Shown: positions 37,856-47,840, numbered from the stretch's first letter. The stretch is DNA of 64,000 nt from Candidatus Sulfotelmatobacter sp. (GCA_049280095.1 JBAPPL010000028.1:260362-324361); one strand, 5' to 3'. The notes: generated by a model not told the origin, from the sequence alone. A program made the numbers and translations.

Positions 37856-38941
37856 TTACTTGGCTTCTTCCGGCACGATCTTCAACTCCAGCTTCTCCGT
37901 ATGCCGCAGCACGGTCAGCAAGCAATTTGCGCCTGCGCGGATGTCAGCCAGCACACGATGCAGATCGTCCACGCCGGCTACCGCGTGGCCCTTCAGCGCA
38001 ACGATGATGTCGCCATCCCGCAGCCCTGCCCGCTTCGCCGGACTATTCTCTTCCACCGACAGAACCAGCGCACCCGATTCTTTCGCCAGATCATAGAAAC
38101 GCACCACGCGGCGATGCACCGGCACAGTCTGCGCCGACACCCCGATATAGCTGCGCCGGATGCGTCCATCGCGCAGCAGGCGGCTCGCAACAAACTTCGC
38201 CGTGTTGATTCCGATGGCGAAACAAATCCCCTGAGCAGGCAGAATCGTCGCGGTGTTCACGCCAACGACGCGCCCCGCAGAATCGACCAGCGGTCCGCCC
38301 GAGTTGCCCGGGTTGAGCGCAGCATCGGTCTGGATCACATCGTCGATCAGTCGCCCGGAATACGACCGCAGCGAACGCCCCAATGCGCTTACGACGCCCG
38401 CAGTCACAGTCGACTGAAAGCCATACGGATTACCGATCGCAACCACAAGTTGTCCCACGCGAAGCTGCTGCGAATCGCCGAGAGCGGCGGCGGTCAGTCC
38501 CGGTTCGTCCACGCGGACGACAGCGAGATCGCTAGCCGGGTCGTCTCCAATCGCGCTTGCCGGCATGCGACGCCCATCTGCCAGCGTGATCTCGATGCGC
38601 TCAGCCTCATGCACGACATGGCTGTTGGTAAGAATCAAGCCATCGGGAGTGAATACAAACCCCGAGCCTCCGCCCCGCCGTTCACGAGGCTCGCCGGAGC
38701 GCGTGCGCTCGGCAGCTTGATGCACCTCGATGTTCACCACCGAGGGGCTGACGACGGCAACCGCGCCGGTAACTGCGCGGGAGTAGGCGTCCAGCAGCGA
38801 TTCATCGGGGTGAGCGGAGCTCGGAGCGGCAGCCGGTCCACGCGTAGACTCCTCACCCCAACCACTCGCTGCAGGTTGATCCACAGGGGAGGGGCGGGCA
38901 GAGAAAGCAGAAAAAACATTCCCAACTTCTTCCAAACTCAT
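37856..38941 (-). CDS. trypsin-like serine protease with PDZ domain (HtrA/DegP family)
   Basis: LTNSHVV, DLAVV, GNSGGPLVDSAGRVVGVNTA, and a C-terminal PDZ. Confidence 0.85.
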   Translation of the reverse strand: MSLEEVGNVFSAFSARPSPVDQPAASGWGEESTRGPAAAPSSAHPDESLLDAYSRAVTGAVAVVSPSVVNIEVHQAAERTRSGEPRERRGGGSGFVFTPDGLILTNSHVVHEAERIEITLADGRRMPASAIGDDPASDLAVVRVDEPGLTAAALGDSQQLRVGQLVVAIGNPYGFQSTVTAGVVSALGRSLRSYSGRLIDDVIQTDAALNPGNSGGPLVDSAGRVVGVNTATILPAQGICFAIGINTAKFVASRLLRDGRIRRSYIGVSAQTVPVHRRVVRFYDLAKESGALVLSVEENSPAKRAGLRDGDIIVALKGHAVAGVDDLHRVLADIRAGANCLLTVLRHTEKLELKIVPEEAK

Positions 38942-39018
38942 GCTGGATAGATGTCAGTCGATGTATTTCGGATTCAGGAGGCCACGAGCGAGAAAAAAGC
39001 AGGAGGAAAAATGCGGTG

Positions 39019-39048
39019 AAAAAAGCCGGGACCAAGGCTGGTCCCGGC
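39019..39048 (-). terminator. intrinsic terminator downstream of the 39182-39721 gene
   Basis: 10-bp perfect stem GCCGGGACCA/TGGTCCCGGC with loop AGGC. A6 on the plus strand gives U6 after the hairpin on the minus strand. Confidence 0.75.
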
Positions 39049-39079
39049 ATTGAGTTGGCTGGTTGCCCGGATAAAATCT

Positions 39080-39174
39080 AGGTTTCAAAGTTGCAAAGTT
39101 TCAGGGCGAACAGCGCCATTCACAAACAAACTTTGAAGCTCTGAAACTTTGAAACCTCTGCAACTTTGAAACCT
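39080..39174. repeat. octamer-like (CAAAGTTn) arrays in inverted arrangement
   Basis: 39080-39093 pairs with 39161-39174 (14 bp) and 39094-39104 pairs with 39141-39151 (11 bp). There is a 9-nt bulge and a 36-nt loop. Confidence 0.8.
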
Positions 39175-39181
39175 GCTTTCC

Positions 39182-39721
39182 CTACGCGGTCCGTCTCGGC
39201 CGCACGGTCAAATCCCGCAGCTGAGTTAGGACGCTCGACATCTGCATCCCGTTCAATTGCGAAACAAACGGCAGAATCTCCGCGATGAACTGATCTTTCA
39301 TCAGTTCGCTGATTTCGTCCTGGCGGTTCTTTTCTCCGCCACTAAGCAGTTCCGGCACGGTCACCTCCAATGCTCGCGCCAGCCGTTCCAGGGACGACAG
39401 CGTCGGCGTAGCTTTCTCGTTTTCAATCTTGGAAACGTAAGTCCGCGGCACGGACATGCGGCCGGCCAGTTGCCGTTGGCTCAACCCGCTGCGCAGGCGC
39501 AGCGAGCGGATCGACGTGGCCAGGTTCAGGTGCCCACGGCCAGTGCCAGGTATAGGCATCATCACCGGCGGCGCCATCACCACCGGCTCGGGCTCGGGTT
39601 CCTCGTCCAGGGACGAGTGGCAGCGCCGGCAATTGTTATTGACCGTACGGAATTGAACCAGCAGGCAATGATCGCAACGGACGACTTCCCTAGAATCTAC
39701 TGGGGCAAGAGTCGTGGCCAT
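39182..39721 (-). CDS. XRE-family regulator with N-terminal CxxC...CxxC zinc-ribbon-like segment
   Basis: VRCDHCLLVQFRTVNNNCRRCHSSL followed by the HTH LRLRSGLSQRQLAGRMSVPRTYVSKIENEKATPTLSSLERLARAL. Confidence 0.75.
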   Translation of the reverse strand: MATTLAPVDSREVVRCDHCLLVQFRTVNNNCRRCHSSLDEEPEPEPVVMAPPVMMPIPGTGRGHLNLATSIRSLRLRSGLSQRQLAGRMSVPRTYVSKIENEKATPTLSSLERLARALEVTVPELLSGGEKNRQDEISELMKDQFIAEILPFVSQLNGMQMSSVLTQLRDLTVRPRRTA

Positions 39722-39917
39722 CGGGTTGTGGGAGTGCCAGAGCCGGCTACTCCTTACTACTAACAGCGAAACCTAAAAATTGGGGGAAGGTTCCAACCGC
39801 AGGGCTAATCTGCGGTACAAGGCCTGTGGATGTCAAGGTTAAAATGCATAAAGCCATGAGTCTTGGCGGCGAAAACCAAAGCGATGCGGCGAAACCCGCA
39901 GAAACCGGGCCAAAAGC

Positions 39918-40535
39918 ATGATCGATCGTGACACCGCATGGTGTTTACTAACTGAGTTCACCCAGTCGGAAAGTTTGCGCAAGCACGCGCTGGCTGTCGA
40001 GGCCTGTATGCGCGCCTGCTCTCGCAAGTTTGATGGTGAGGGCTCCGAATCAGAACTTGGGTTGTCCAAAGAAGACCTGTGGGGCATCGTTGGACTCGTT
40101 CACGACTTCGACTACGAAAAGTATTCTAGCCTCGAAGACCATCCCTACAAGGGCAATGCGATTCTGAAGGAACGTGGCTGGCCCGAAGTGATCACGCGAG
40201 CCATCATGTCACACGCTGAATATACCGGCGTAACCCGCGACACGCCCATGGAAAAGGCTCTCTTCGCCTGCGACGAACTCGCCGGGTTCATCACCGCCGT
40301 GGCCCTGATCAAGCCGGGAAAATCGTTGGCCGAGGTGGATGCAAAGTCAGTTCGAAAAAGAATGAAGGACAAAGCCTTCGCCCGCAAAGTGAACCGCGAC
40401 GACATCATCAATGGCGCTGCCGCCCTGGGCGTTGACCTCGACGAACACATCGCCTTCTGCATCGAGGCGCTGCAAGGGATCGCGGAAAAGTTGGGATTGG
40501 ACGGCAGTGCAGCGAAAGCGATCACATCGCCTTAG
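39918..40535 (+). CDS. HD/HDIG-domain phosphohydrolase
   Basis: LRKHALAVEACMRA...GLVHDFDYEKY... Confidence 0.7.
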   Translation: MIDRDTAWCLLTEFTQSESLRKHALAVEACMRACSRKFDGEGSESELGLSKEDLWGIVGLVHDFDYEKYSSLEDHPYKGNAILKERGWPEVITRAIMSHAEYTGVTRDTPMEKALFACDELAGFITAVALIKPGKSLAEVDAKSVRKRMKDKAFARKVNRDDIINGAAALGVDLDEHIAFCIEALQGIAEKLGLDGSAAKAITSP

Positions 40536-42174
40536 CGGAAGACTCTGCCGGTGTTGGTAAGATCGCGCCCGAAACTGGAACCTTTAATTTGAAGAGCTCG
40601 AGGAAGTGACCGAAGGACTGGGGTTCTAAGCCGGAGAACTCAGGCGAGCGATTACGCAAGGCCTCCCCGAGGCCCGAAGCCCATCCTCCCTCAAACACCC
40701 AAACAGTGGCTCCGGGCTTAAGAGAGTAGGCACGCAGCATTTTCTGCCATTCATCTGCGAATGTGTCTCGTGTAAAGGCGCCTTCGTCCGGATCAGTCGA
40801 GGTCACGCGAAATCCGCGGCACCGAAACGACTCGAAGCCGGGCACGGAACGATCAATACTGATCTGCTCCTGCCGGCAAAGGTAGTGTCCCAGTTGCAGT
40901 CGGCTGGGTTCGTCCACAAAAATCAGATCGGACGGCCCGACCTGCTGGCGAATAAAGCCTATCGCTTGTTCCATATGTTCGTGCCTCTGGTCAGCGAGCG
41001 GCAGCATATCCCGCCCTTGCAGAGTTCCGAAGGCCTGACAGAGTACGACGACACCGATGACTAGCAGGACGGCGTTTCGCGTGCGTTGCTTTGTGATCTT
41101 GGCCAGGAGGACGCTCACCCCGGCGATCCCGAAAATAGCGAGAAAAACGCATTGCCGCGTTCGTCCATAGGGATAAAGTCCTGCGGCCACGGCCGCACAG
41201 TTCAAAACAAATGGCAGCAGCAGAAAAAGTCCGGTCAGGCGGGAGGGGACCACGGCGTTCGGCACGGGCTTCTCGCATAGCAGCAGAAGTGCTCCCGCGA
41301 CGAACATCAGTGCGGCAACATCTCCGACCGTGGTCTGTCCGAAAATGAAGCGGAATACTCCGAAGGACCCGTGATAGAGAAAAGGCAAAAGCCGGTTGCG
41401 GCCGGGGTGGAAGTAATAGTCGAAAAGATAGAAATCTGCATAGCGATGAAGCGGTTGTGCTCCCGGATACACCTTGCGCAATGCTGCGATTTGCGTCGTG
41501 TACAAAAACCAACCGAGCCCCACACCTCCAGCCTGCCCTGCGCCCCAGGCAACGATCACTGACGGCGAGGGAGGATGGGCGAACATCCTCAGAATGCAAT
41601 ACACGCCAAGCGCCGCGGCAAAGAGAAATGCCGAGTAGTGCGAAAGCAAAGACAGATAAAGAAACACCGTCGAGATCGCCATCAGGCGTACTAAGTTCTC
41701 AGCCAGGGCGCGCTCGAGGAAATAGGCGGCGGAGGTGGCGAACAGCAGCATTAACGTGTACTGCCGCAGATCGGCGGAGAGGGCGATCATGGGCGGGAGA
41801 AATGTCACCAAGATCAGGCCAACCCAGCCCGCCGTGCGCCCCGCCACGACGGTAAGCCACCTCCAAAAAACCCAGCAGAACAGCGTACCCGCGATCACGC
41901 ACGGAAGCCGCAACACAAGATTCGAAGTCCCAAGGCCTCGCCAGAAATAAAGAACAAGCACGAGAAGTGGCGGATGCAAGAGAGTGAGGCTCGCCTTGTA
42001 AGCGAGATAAAGGGATGCCTGGTTGGCAATCGAGAAGTGCCAGGCCTCGTCACTATTGAAAAACGTGGCATGGGCCAGCCACAACCGCCACAGCAAACCG
42101 CCGCCAACCAACGTCATGGCGACGTAGTCTGATCTTCGATCTGCGGCCCTCCCAGGCTGACTAGCGGCTGCCAT
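40522..42174 (-). CDS. GT39/ArnT-like membrane glycosyltransferase (PMT_2-like)
   Basis: About 12 TM segments with a soluble C-terminal domain. FNSDEAWHF near the N-terminus. Confidence 0.5.
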   Translation of the reverse strand: MAAASQPGRAADRRSDYVAMTLVGGGLLWRLWLAHATFFNSDEAWHFSIANQASLYLAYKASLTLLHPPLLVLVLYFWRGLGTSNLVLRLPCVIAGTLFCWVFWRWLTVVAGRTAGWVGLILVTFLPPMIALSADLRQYTLMLLFATSAAYFLERALAENLVRLMAISTVFLYLSLLSHYSAFLFAAALGVYCILRMFAHPPSPSVIVAWGAGQAGGVGLGWFLYTTQIAALRKVYPGAQPLHRYADFYLFDYYFHPGRNRLLPFLYHGSFGVFRFIFGQTTVGDVAALMFVAGALLLLCEKPVPNAVVPSRLTGLFLLLPFVLNCAAVAAGLYPYGRTRQCVFLAIFGIAGVSVLLAKITKQRTRNAVLLVIGVVVLCQAFGTLQGRDMLPLADQRHEHMEQAIGFIRQQVGPSDLIFVDEPSRLQLGHYLCRQEQISIDRSVPGFESFRCRGFRVTSTDPDEGAFTRDTFADEWQKMLRAYSLKPGATVWVFEGGWASGLGEALRNRSPEFSGLEPQSFGHFLELFKLKVPVSGAILPTPAESSAKAM

Positions 42175-42201
42175 TCATCCTCCGGCAACTTCTTGCCAAT
42201 G

Positions 42202-43731
42202 TTAGCGGATCACTTCGGCCACCTTGCCACCGGCAATCAACTCTGCGAGCCGCGCAAAGTCTTTGTACATGACCCGGTCTTTCTCCATCGTTGGACACAC
42301 CGACCGGATTGCTGCATGCGCCGCCTGCCCGCGCTTGGAGGCTTTCAGCGGAGAGAGAAAATCGATTGCCTGGGCCACGGCCATGGCTTCAATAGCCAGC
42401 ACATTGCGCGTGTTTTCGACAATGCGCTTCAGCTTGATCGCCGCCGTCATGCCCATGGAGACGTAGTCTTCCTTGTTGCCCGAGGTCGTAATCGAATCCA
42501 CCGACGCGGGATGCGCCAGCACTTTATTCTCGCTGACTAACGCGGCCGCCGTGACCTGCGGCATCATGAAACCTGAATTCAATCCTGCGCCTTGCGCCAG
42601 GAAGGGCGGCAAACCCTCACTGAGCGCGGGGTTCACCAACCGCTCGATTCGCCGCTCGCTGATGCCGGCGAGCGCGCTCAGGGCGATGCCTATAAAATCC
42701 AGCGCGAACGCAAGGGGCTCGCCATGAAAGTTTCCTCCCGAAATTACGTCACCCTTGAGGTGCTTGGCGTCGGTGATGAATACCAGGGGATTGTCGACCG
42801 CGGAATTCGCCTCGATCTCAAATACTTTGCGGCAGTGCTCCAGCGTATCGCGGACGGCACCGTGCACTTGCGGGATGCAGCGCAGGGAGTAAGCGTCCTG
42901 CACGCGGCCACATTCGCGGTGCGATTCTCGAATCTGGCTGCCTTCGAGCATCCGCCGCAAATTCGCCGCAGTCTTCATCTGACCACTGTGCGGCCGCGCC
43001 TTGTGGATGCGTTCGTCAAAAGCCGTGTCAGTTCCCTTGAGTGCATCACAGCACAGCCCGCCCAGCACGTCGGCGGAATCGACCAAAGTCTCGGCCGCCA
43101 GCAGAGCCAGAGTGCCGACGGCCAGCATGCCCTGCGTCCCGTTGATCAGGGAAATGGATTCTTTCGCTTCCAGTGTCAGCGGCTTGATCTGCGCCCGCTT
43201 CAGCGCGTCACTGCTGGAAACGCGCACGTTGGCGGCGTCGATACACTCGCCTTCGCCAATCAAGGCCAGCGCCAGATGCGCCAGCGGAGCGAGATCGCCG
43301 CTCGCGCCTACACTGCCCTGCGACGGTGCGAACGGGGTGACGCCTCGGTTCAGCATTTCGCACAGTGTATCGATCACCACCCCGCGCACGCCGGAGTAGC
43401 CCTTGGCCAGCGAATTGGCCCGCAACAGCATCATGGCGCGCGTTTCGGGGACGGAGAGCGGTTCACCCACGCCTACGGAGTGCGAGCGCACCAGGTTGAC
43501 TTGCAGTTCGCGAATCTGGTCGCCAACAATGCGGACGTCGCTCAGCTTGCCCACGCCGGTCGTGATCGCGTAGGCAACCTTATTACTGGCGACGATCTCG
43601 TCAACCACGGCCCGCGCACGATCCACGGCCTCGCGCGCGTCAGGGGACAAGAGCACAGGCCGCCTGTCAACTGCGACCTCGCGCACCGCGTCAAGAGTAA
43701 GTTCGTTTCCGTTAATGTGGAGTGCGTTCAA
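42202..43731 (-). CDS. hutH: histidine ammonia-lyase
   Basis: GSVGASGDLAPLAH (MIO-forming ASG). NLVRSHSVG carries the Ser-His typical of HAL rather than PAL/TAL. Confidence 0.85.
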   Translation of the reverse strand: MNALHINGNELTLDAVREVAVDRRPVLLSPDAREAVDRARAVVDEIVASNKVAYAITTGVGKLSDVRIVGDQIRELQVNLVRSHSVGVGEPLSVPETRAMMLLRANSLAKGYSGVRGVVIDTLCEMLNRGVTPFAPSQGSVGASGDLAPLAHLALALIGEGECIDAANVRVSSSDALKRAQIKPLTLEAKESISLINGTQGMLAVGTLALLAAETLVDSADVLGGLCCDALKGTDTAFDERIHKARPHSGQMKTAANLRRMLEGSQIRESHRECGRVQDAYSLRCIPQVHGAVRDTLEHCRKVFEIEANSAVDNPLVFITDAKHLKGDVISGGNFHGEPLAFALDFIGIALSALAGISERRIERLVNPALSEGLPPFLAQGAGLNSGFMMPQVTAAALVSENKVLAHPASVDSITTSGNKEDYVSMGMTAAIKLKRIVENTRNVLAIEAMAVAQAIDFLSPLKASKRGQAAHAAIRSVCPTMEKDRVMYKDFARLAELIAGGKVAEVIR

Positions 43732-44177
43732 GAGAGTTTCCCATTTCGTTTTCCTAGGGCTGCACGAAATACCTTCAGATACTTCGACGGCAGCGCAACA
43801 ACTTTCATATCCGGACCGGTAACGATATGCGTAGTCTCGCCTTCTGCCAGCAGAGTGCCGTCTTCCGCACGCCGCAATTCATAACCGAAGTGGATCACGG
43901 ACTTGCGCACATTCAATAATTCCGTGCGCACGAGAACCTCTTCGTCGTAGCGCACCGGCGCACGATAGCGGCATTTGGCTTCGGCGACCGCGATGAAGCG
44001 TCCATCCTTGGTTTCCATGTCGCGATAGGAAAAACCCAACTGCCGCAGCAATTCGACGCGTCCCACCTCAAACCAGATGAAATGGTTGGAATGGTAAACC
44101 ACGCCCATCTGATCGGTCTCGGCGTAACGTACGCGCAGCCGGGTTTCGTTTATCGCATGGGAGTGAGTGGACTTCAT
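43728..44177 (-). CDS. acyl-CoA thioesterase, 4HBT/YbgC family
   Basis: RVRYAETDQMGVVYHSNHFIWFEVGRVELLRQLG. 4-nt overlap with hutH. Confidence 0.8.
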   Translation of the reverse strand: MKSTHSHAINETRLRVRYAETDQMGVVYHSNHFIWFEVGRVELLRQLGFSYRDMETKDGRFIAVAEAKCRYRAPVRYDEEVLVRTELLNVRKSVIHFGYELRRAEDGTLLAEGETTHIVTGPDMKVVALPSKYLKVFRAALGKRNGKLS

Positions 44178-44201
44178 CTGCCGCTCTTCATTTCCCGCTC
44201 T

Positions 44202-44984
44202 TCATTTTCCGCTCCACACGGGTTTGCGTTTTTCGAGAAACGACACAACCCCTTCGCGGAAGTCGGCGGTGGTGCGGATGGCTGCGTTTTCTCGCACCGC
44301 TGCTTCAATATGCAAATCCAGTTCGGCGCGGGCGTGATCGTTGAGCAGCTTCTTTGTCGCTCGCAGCGAAGTCGGACTATTCTCCATCAGCAGCGCAGCC
44401 AATTCGCGGGCGCGCGTCATGAGATTTTCCGGTGCCACGATTTCGCTGATCAATCCCATCCGCGCGGCTTCATCGGCGCTGATGATTCGTCCAGTCAGCA
44501 GCAGGTCGCGCGCCTGTTTCTCTCCGACCTGGCGCAGCAGGAAAGTGGAAACGATGGCGGGCACGAACCCGATGCGCACCTCGGTGTAGCCGAACTTGGC
44601 TTCGGGTACCGCTAGCGTGAAGTCGCAAAGCAAGGCCAGTCCGGTGCCGCCCGCGATCGCAGCTCCATTCACCGCAGCGATCGTGACCTTGGGAAATTCG
44701 TAGAGCGTTCGGAACAGGCGGACCATCGTCTCCGAATCTTTAAGATTCTCCTCGGGAGAGCGGCCGATCAGCGCTTTCAGGTTGTCCAGGTCCATGCCGG
44801 AGGAAAAGGCTTTTCCTGCTCCGGTCAGGATGAGTACGAGCGCGTCGGAAGCCTCCACTTCCTCGGACGCACGCAGCAGATCGTCAATCAACTCGAAGCT
44901 GATGGCGTTGCGTTTATCCGGACGATTCAGCGTGATCGTAGCCACACCGGAATCGTATGCGAGTTGGATCGTCTTGTAGTTCAC
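44202..44984 (-). CDS. enoyl-CoA hydratase/isomerase family (candidate methylglutaconyl-CoA hydratase)
   Basis: ITLNRPDKRNAI..., LTGAGKAFSSGMDL, AAVNGAAIAGG. Lies next to the HMG-CoA lyase and carboxyltransferase genes. Confidence 0.8.
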   Translation of the reverse strand: MNYKTIQLAYDSGVATITLNRPDKRNAISFELIDDLLRASEEVEASDALVLILTGAGKAFSSGMDLDNLKALIGRSPEENLKDSETMVRLFRTLYEFPKVTIAAVNGAAIAGGTGLALLCDFTLAVPEAKFGYTEVRIGFVPAIVSTFLLRQVGEKQARDLLLTGRIISADEAARMGLISEIVAPENLMTRARELAALLMENSPTSLRATKKLLNDHARAELDLHIEAAVRENAAIRTTADFREGVVSFLEKRKPVWSGK

Positions 44985-45019
44985 TTTGTAGTTTTCACTT
45001 CGTTCCCGTCTGGAAACGG

Positions 45020-45913
45020 CTAATCGTCGTTAACGGAATTCGAATATCGCGCCCCGATCTCTGCTGTCGCGCGCATCAGCGCGTCCAGCGGCTTCAGGGA
45101 CGGTAACTCAGCGCCACGCTGCTTCAGGGCTTCAATCACTGTTTCGGTCGCAATGTTGCCTACCAACGCGTCTTGCGCGAAAGGGCAGCCACCGAATCCG
45201 CCTAACGCCGAGTCGAAGCGGCGGCAGCCGGCGTCGTACGCCGCTAAAATCTTCGCGGCGGCATGCTCAGGACGGCTGTGCAGGTGAACTCCAATCTCCA
45301 GGTAATCGTACTTCGCCATCACCGCTCCGACCAGTTCGCTAATCTGCTCCGGACTGGCCATGCCGACCGTGTCAGCCAGAGAGATCATACGCAGGTTGTC
45401 GACTTCCAGCAGCGAGATCGCCTCAATTACTTCCTCCGCGTTCCACAGATCGCCGTAGGGATTGCCAAATGCCATTGAGATATAAACTACGACATCGAGC
45501 GCGGCATTGTCGGCTTTGGTCTGAATCTTCTCCAGTTCCTCGAGCGCCTGTTCGGCGGACTGATTCTGATTCTTGCGCAAAAAAGTTTCCGAGATCGAAT
45601 AAGGAAATCCCAAAGTATGTACCGCTTGCGTGTCGATGGCGCGCTGCGCTCCCTTTTCGTTGACTACGATGCCGATGATCTCCACGTCATCTGGCGGATC
45701 GAGTTCCTTCAACACTTCCTCCGAGTCCGCCATCTGCGGCACGGCTTTCGGCGACACGAACGAAACCGCATCAATGTGCTTGAACCCGGCACTGATCAAC
45801 GCCTGCAAATAGGCGCGCTTGATGTCGGGCGGAATCTGCCCCTTCAGCCCCTGCCAGGCATCGCGCGGACATTCGATGAGCTTCACGGCGTCGGACATAT
45901 CAAAACCTGCCAC
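45020..45913 (-). CDS. hydroxymethylglutaryl-CoA lyase
   Basis: ECPRDAWQG, HLHSRPEHAAAKILAAYDAGCRRFDSALGGFGGCPFA. Confidence 0.85.
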   Translation of the reverse strand: MAGFDMSDAVKLIECPRDAWQGLKGQIPPDIKRAYLQALISAGFKHIDAVSFVSPKAVPQMADSEEVLKELDPPDDVEIIGIVVNEKGAQRAIDTQAVHTLGFPYSISETFLRKNQNQSAEQALEELEKIQTKADNAALDVVVYISMAFGNPYGDLWNAEEVIEAISLLEVDNLRMISLADTVGMASPEQISELVGAVMAKYDYLEIGVHLHSRPEHAAAKILAAYDAGCRRFDSALGGFGGCPFAQDALVGNIATETVIEALKQRGAELPSLKPLDALMRATAEIGARYSNSVNDD

Positions 45914-46010
45914 GGATCACACGGATTCTCACGGATCAAACCTTAAAAGGGAAAACTTCAAAGACTTCATTTTCTTTGATCCGTGTAAATCCGTGAAAAT
46001 CTGCGGCCAA

Positions 46011-47720
46011 CTATGTTTGCAGCACTCCAACCTTGAACTCCGGCACATCCGGATTCAATGTGGCCGCTTCGAGGGCTTGTGTAATGGCGTCGCGCGTCTC
46101 AGCGGGGTCGATGATTTTGTCGATCCACAGCCGAGCCGCGCCGTAGCGCGGATCGGTCTGCTCGTCGTAGGTGCGCTTGACGGATTCGTACAGCGCTTTC
46201 TTTTCTTCCTCGCCCAGTTTCTGGCCGCCGCGCTCGAGCTGCTTCATCTTGATCTCCACCAGGGTTCCCGCCGCCGAATCGCCGCTCATGACGGCGTAAC
46301 GCGCCGTGGGCCAGGCGAAAACGAAGCGTGGATCGAATGCCTTGCCGCACATCGCGTAATGTCCGGCGCCGAACGACCCTCCTACGATCACGGTAATTTT
46401 CGGTACTACCGAGTTCGATACTGCGTTCACCATCTTCGCGCCCGCTTTGATAATGCCGCTCCACTCCGCGTCGCGGCCTACCATAAAGCCATTCACGTCG
46501 TGAAAAAAGATCAGCGGGATCAGATTCTGGTTGCAGTCCATGATGAAGCGCGCGGCTTTCTCCGCAGATTCGGTGTAGATCACGCCGCCGAACTCGATCC
46601 GCTTGTGGCCTTCGTGGTCGGTTTGCTGGGCGTGCAGCTTCTGGTTGGCGACAATTCCCACGGCGAAGCCGCCAATGCGACCATAGCCGCAGATCAGCGT
46701 CTTGCCATATTCCGCCTTGTACTCATCGAAGCGGCTGCCATCGAGCACGCGCGCCAGAATCTCTTTAATGTCGTAAGGCCGCGCCGGTGAAGAATCGTAA
46801 ATGCCATAAATCTCCTCAGCGGCGAGCGCGGGTGCGACGGGCTTCTTGCGATCCCAGGGCGATTGCCGCCGGTATCCCCACTTCTCGACGATGGAGCGAA
46901 TCCGCGCCAGGCAGGCCGCATCGTCGGGTTCGCGAAAATCCACCGTGCCGCTGATGCCGGCGTGCATGGCTGCTCCGCCTAAATCCTCCGCGGAAACTTT
47001 CTGTCCAATCGCCGCCTGCACCAGCGCCGGCCCGGCCAGAAACAAGCCACTGCCGTCAGTCATCAGAACGTGATCGCACATTACCGGCAGGTATCCGCCG
47101 CCGGCCACGCACATGCCCATGATGGCCGCGATCTGCGGAATGCCCAGGGCTGACATGACGGCGTTGTTGCGGAACACTCGCCCGAAATCATCCGTGTCGG
47201 GAAAGACATCTTCCTGCAGCGGCAGAAACACCCCTGCCGAATCGACCAGATAGACAGTAGGAATGCGGTTCTCGATGGCGATGTTCTGAGCGCGAATCAC
47301 CTTCTTCGAGGTCATCGGGAAAAACGCTCCCGCCTTTACCGTGGCGTCGTTCGCAATGACCATCACCATGCGTGTCTGGATGCGCGCCAAACCCGTGATC
47401 ACGCCCGCGGCTTGCGCTCCACCCCATTCTTCATACATGCCATGGGCCGCATAAATTCCCATTTCGAAGAATGTTCCCGGGTCCACTAGCAGTTCAATGC
47501 GTTCACGGGCAGTGAGGCGTCCCTTGGCATGTTGGTTCTCGATGGCTTTCGTGCCACCGCCTTCGCTGATCTTCTCGCTTTCGTTGCGCACCTGTGACAT
47601 GAGATCGGCCAGAAAGCGCATGTTGGCCTCGAATCGCGCCGAGGTGGGGTCGACTTGTGTCGTCAGGACGTTGGCAGTCTTCGACGACTGGTCTGGAGGC
47701 GCTTCGCTGCGATCAGCCAT
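46011..47720 (-). CDS. acyl-CoA carboxylase carboxyltransferase (beta) subunit, methylcrotonyl-CoA carboxylase-like
   Basis: Carboxyl-transferase pattern (GKLTARERIELLVDPGTF..., VIANDATVKAGAFFP, GRDAEWSGIIKAGAKM). ATG 47720 chosen. Confidence 0.85.
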   Translation of the reverse strand: MADRSEAPPDQSSKTANVLTTQVDPTSARFEANMRFLADLMSQVRNESEKISEGGGTKAIENQHAKGRLTARERIELLVDPGTFFEMGIYAAHGMYEEWGGAQAAGVITGLARIQTRMVMVIANDATVKAGAFFPMTSKKVIRAQNIAIENRIPTVYLVDSAGVFLPLQEDVFPDTDDFGRVFRNNAVMSALGIPQIAAIMGMCVAGGGYLPVMCDHVLMTDGSGLFLAGPALVQAAIGQKVSAEDLGGAAMHAGISGTVDFREPDDAACLARIRSIVEKWGYRRQSPWDRKKPVAPALAAEEIYGIYDSSPARPYDIKEILARVLDGSRFDEYKAEYGKTLICGYGRIGGFAVGIVANQKLHAQQTDHEGHKRIEFGGVIYTESAEKAARFIMDCNQNLIPLIFFHDVNGFMVGRDAEWSGIIKAGAKMVNAVSNSVVPKITVIVGGSFGAGHYAMCGKAFDPRFVFAWPTARYAVMSGDSAAGTLVEIKMKQLERGGQKLGEEEKKALYESVKRTYDEQTDPRYGAARLWIDKIIDPAETRDAITQALEAATLNPDVPEFKVGVLQT

Positions 47721-47840
47721 GAGTATGGACGAAGAGATCGGACTGTTTACGGTATACCACTGGCGCGGGAGCGCGCAACGGAAGGCATGGCGAGAAGACG
47801 GCGGGAAGGCCTCGAAGCGCAAGGTGTTTCGATGTTCGAG

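Noticed and set aside
42202-43731. Possibility that the ammonia-lyase is a Tyr/Phe ammonia-lyase or aminomutase for secondary metabolism.
   Set aside because: The selectivity position reads Ser-His (LVRSHSVG), as in histidine ammonia-lyases. No biosynthetic cluster genes are adjacent.
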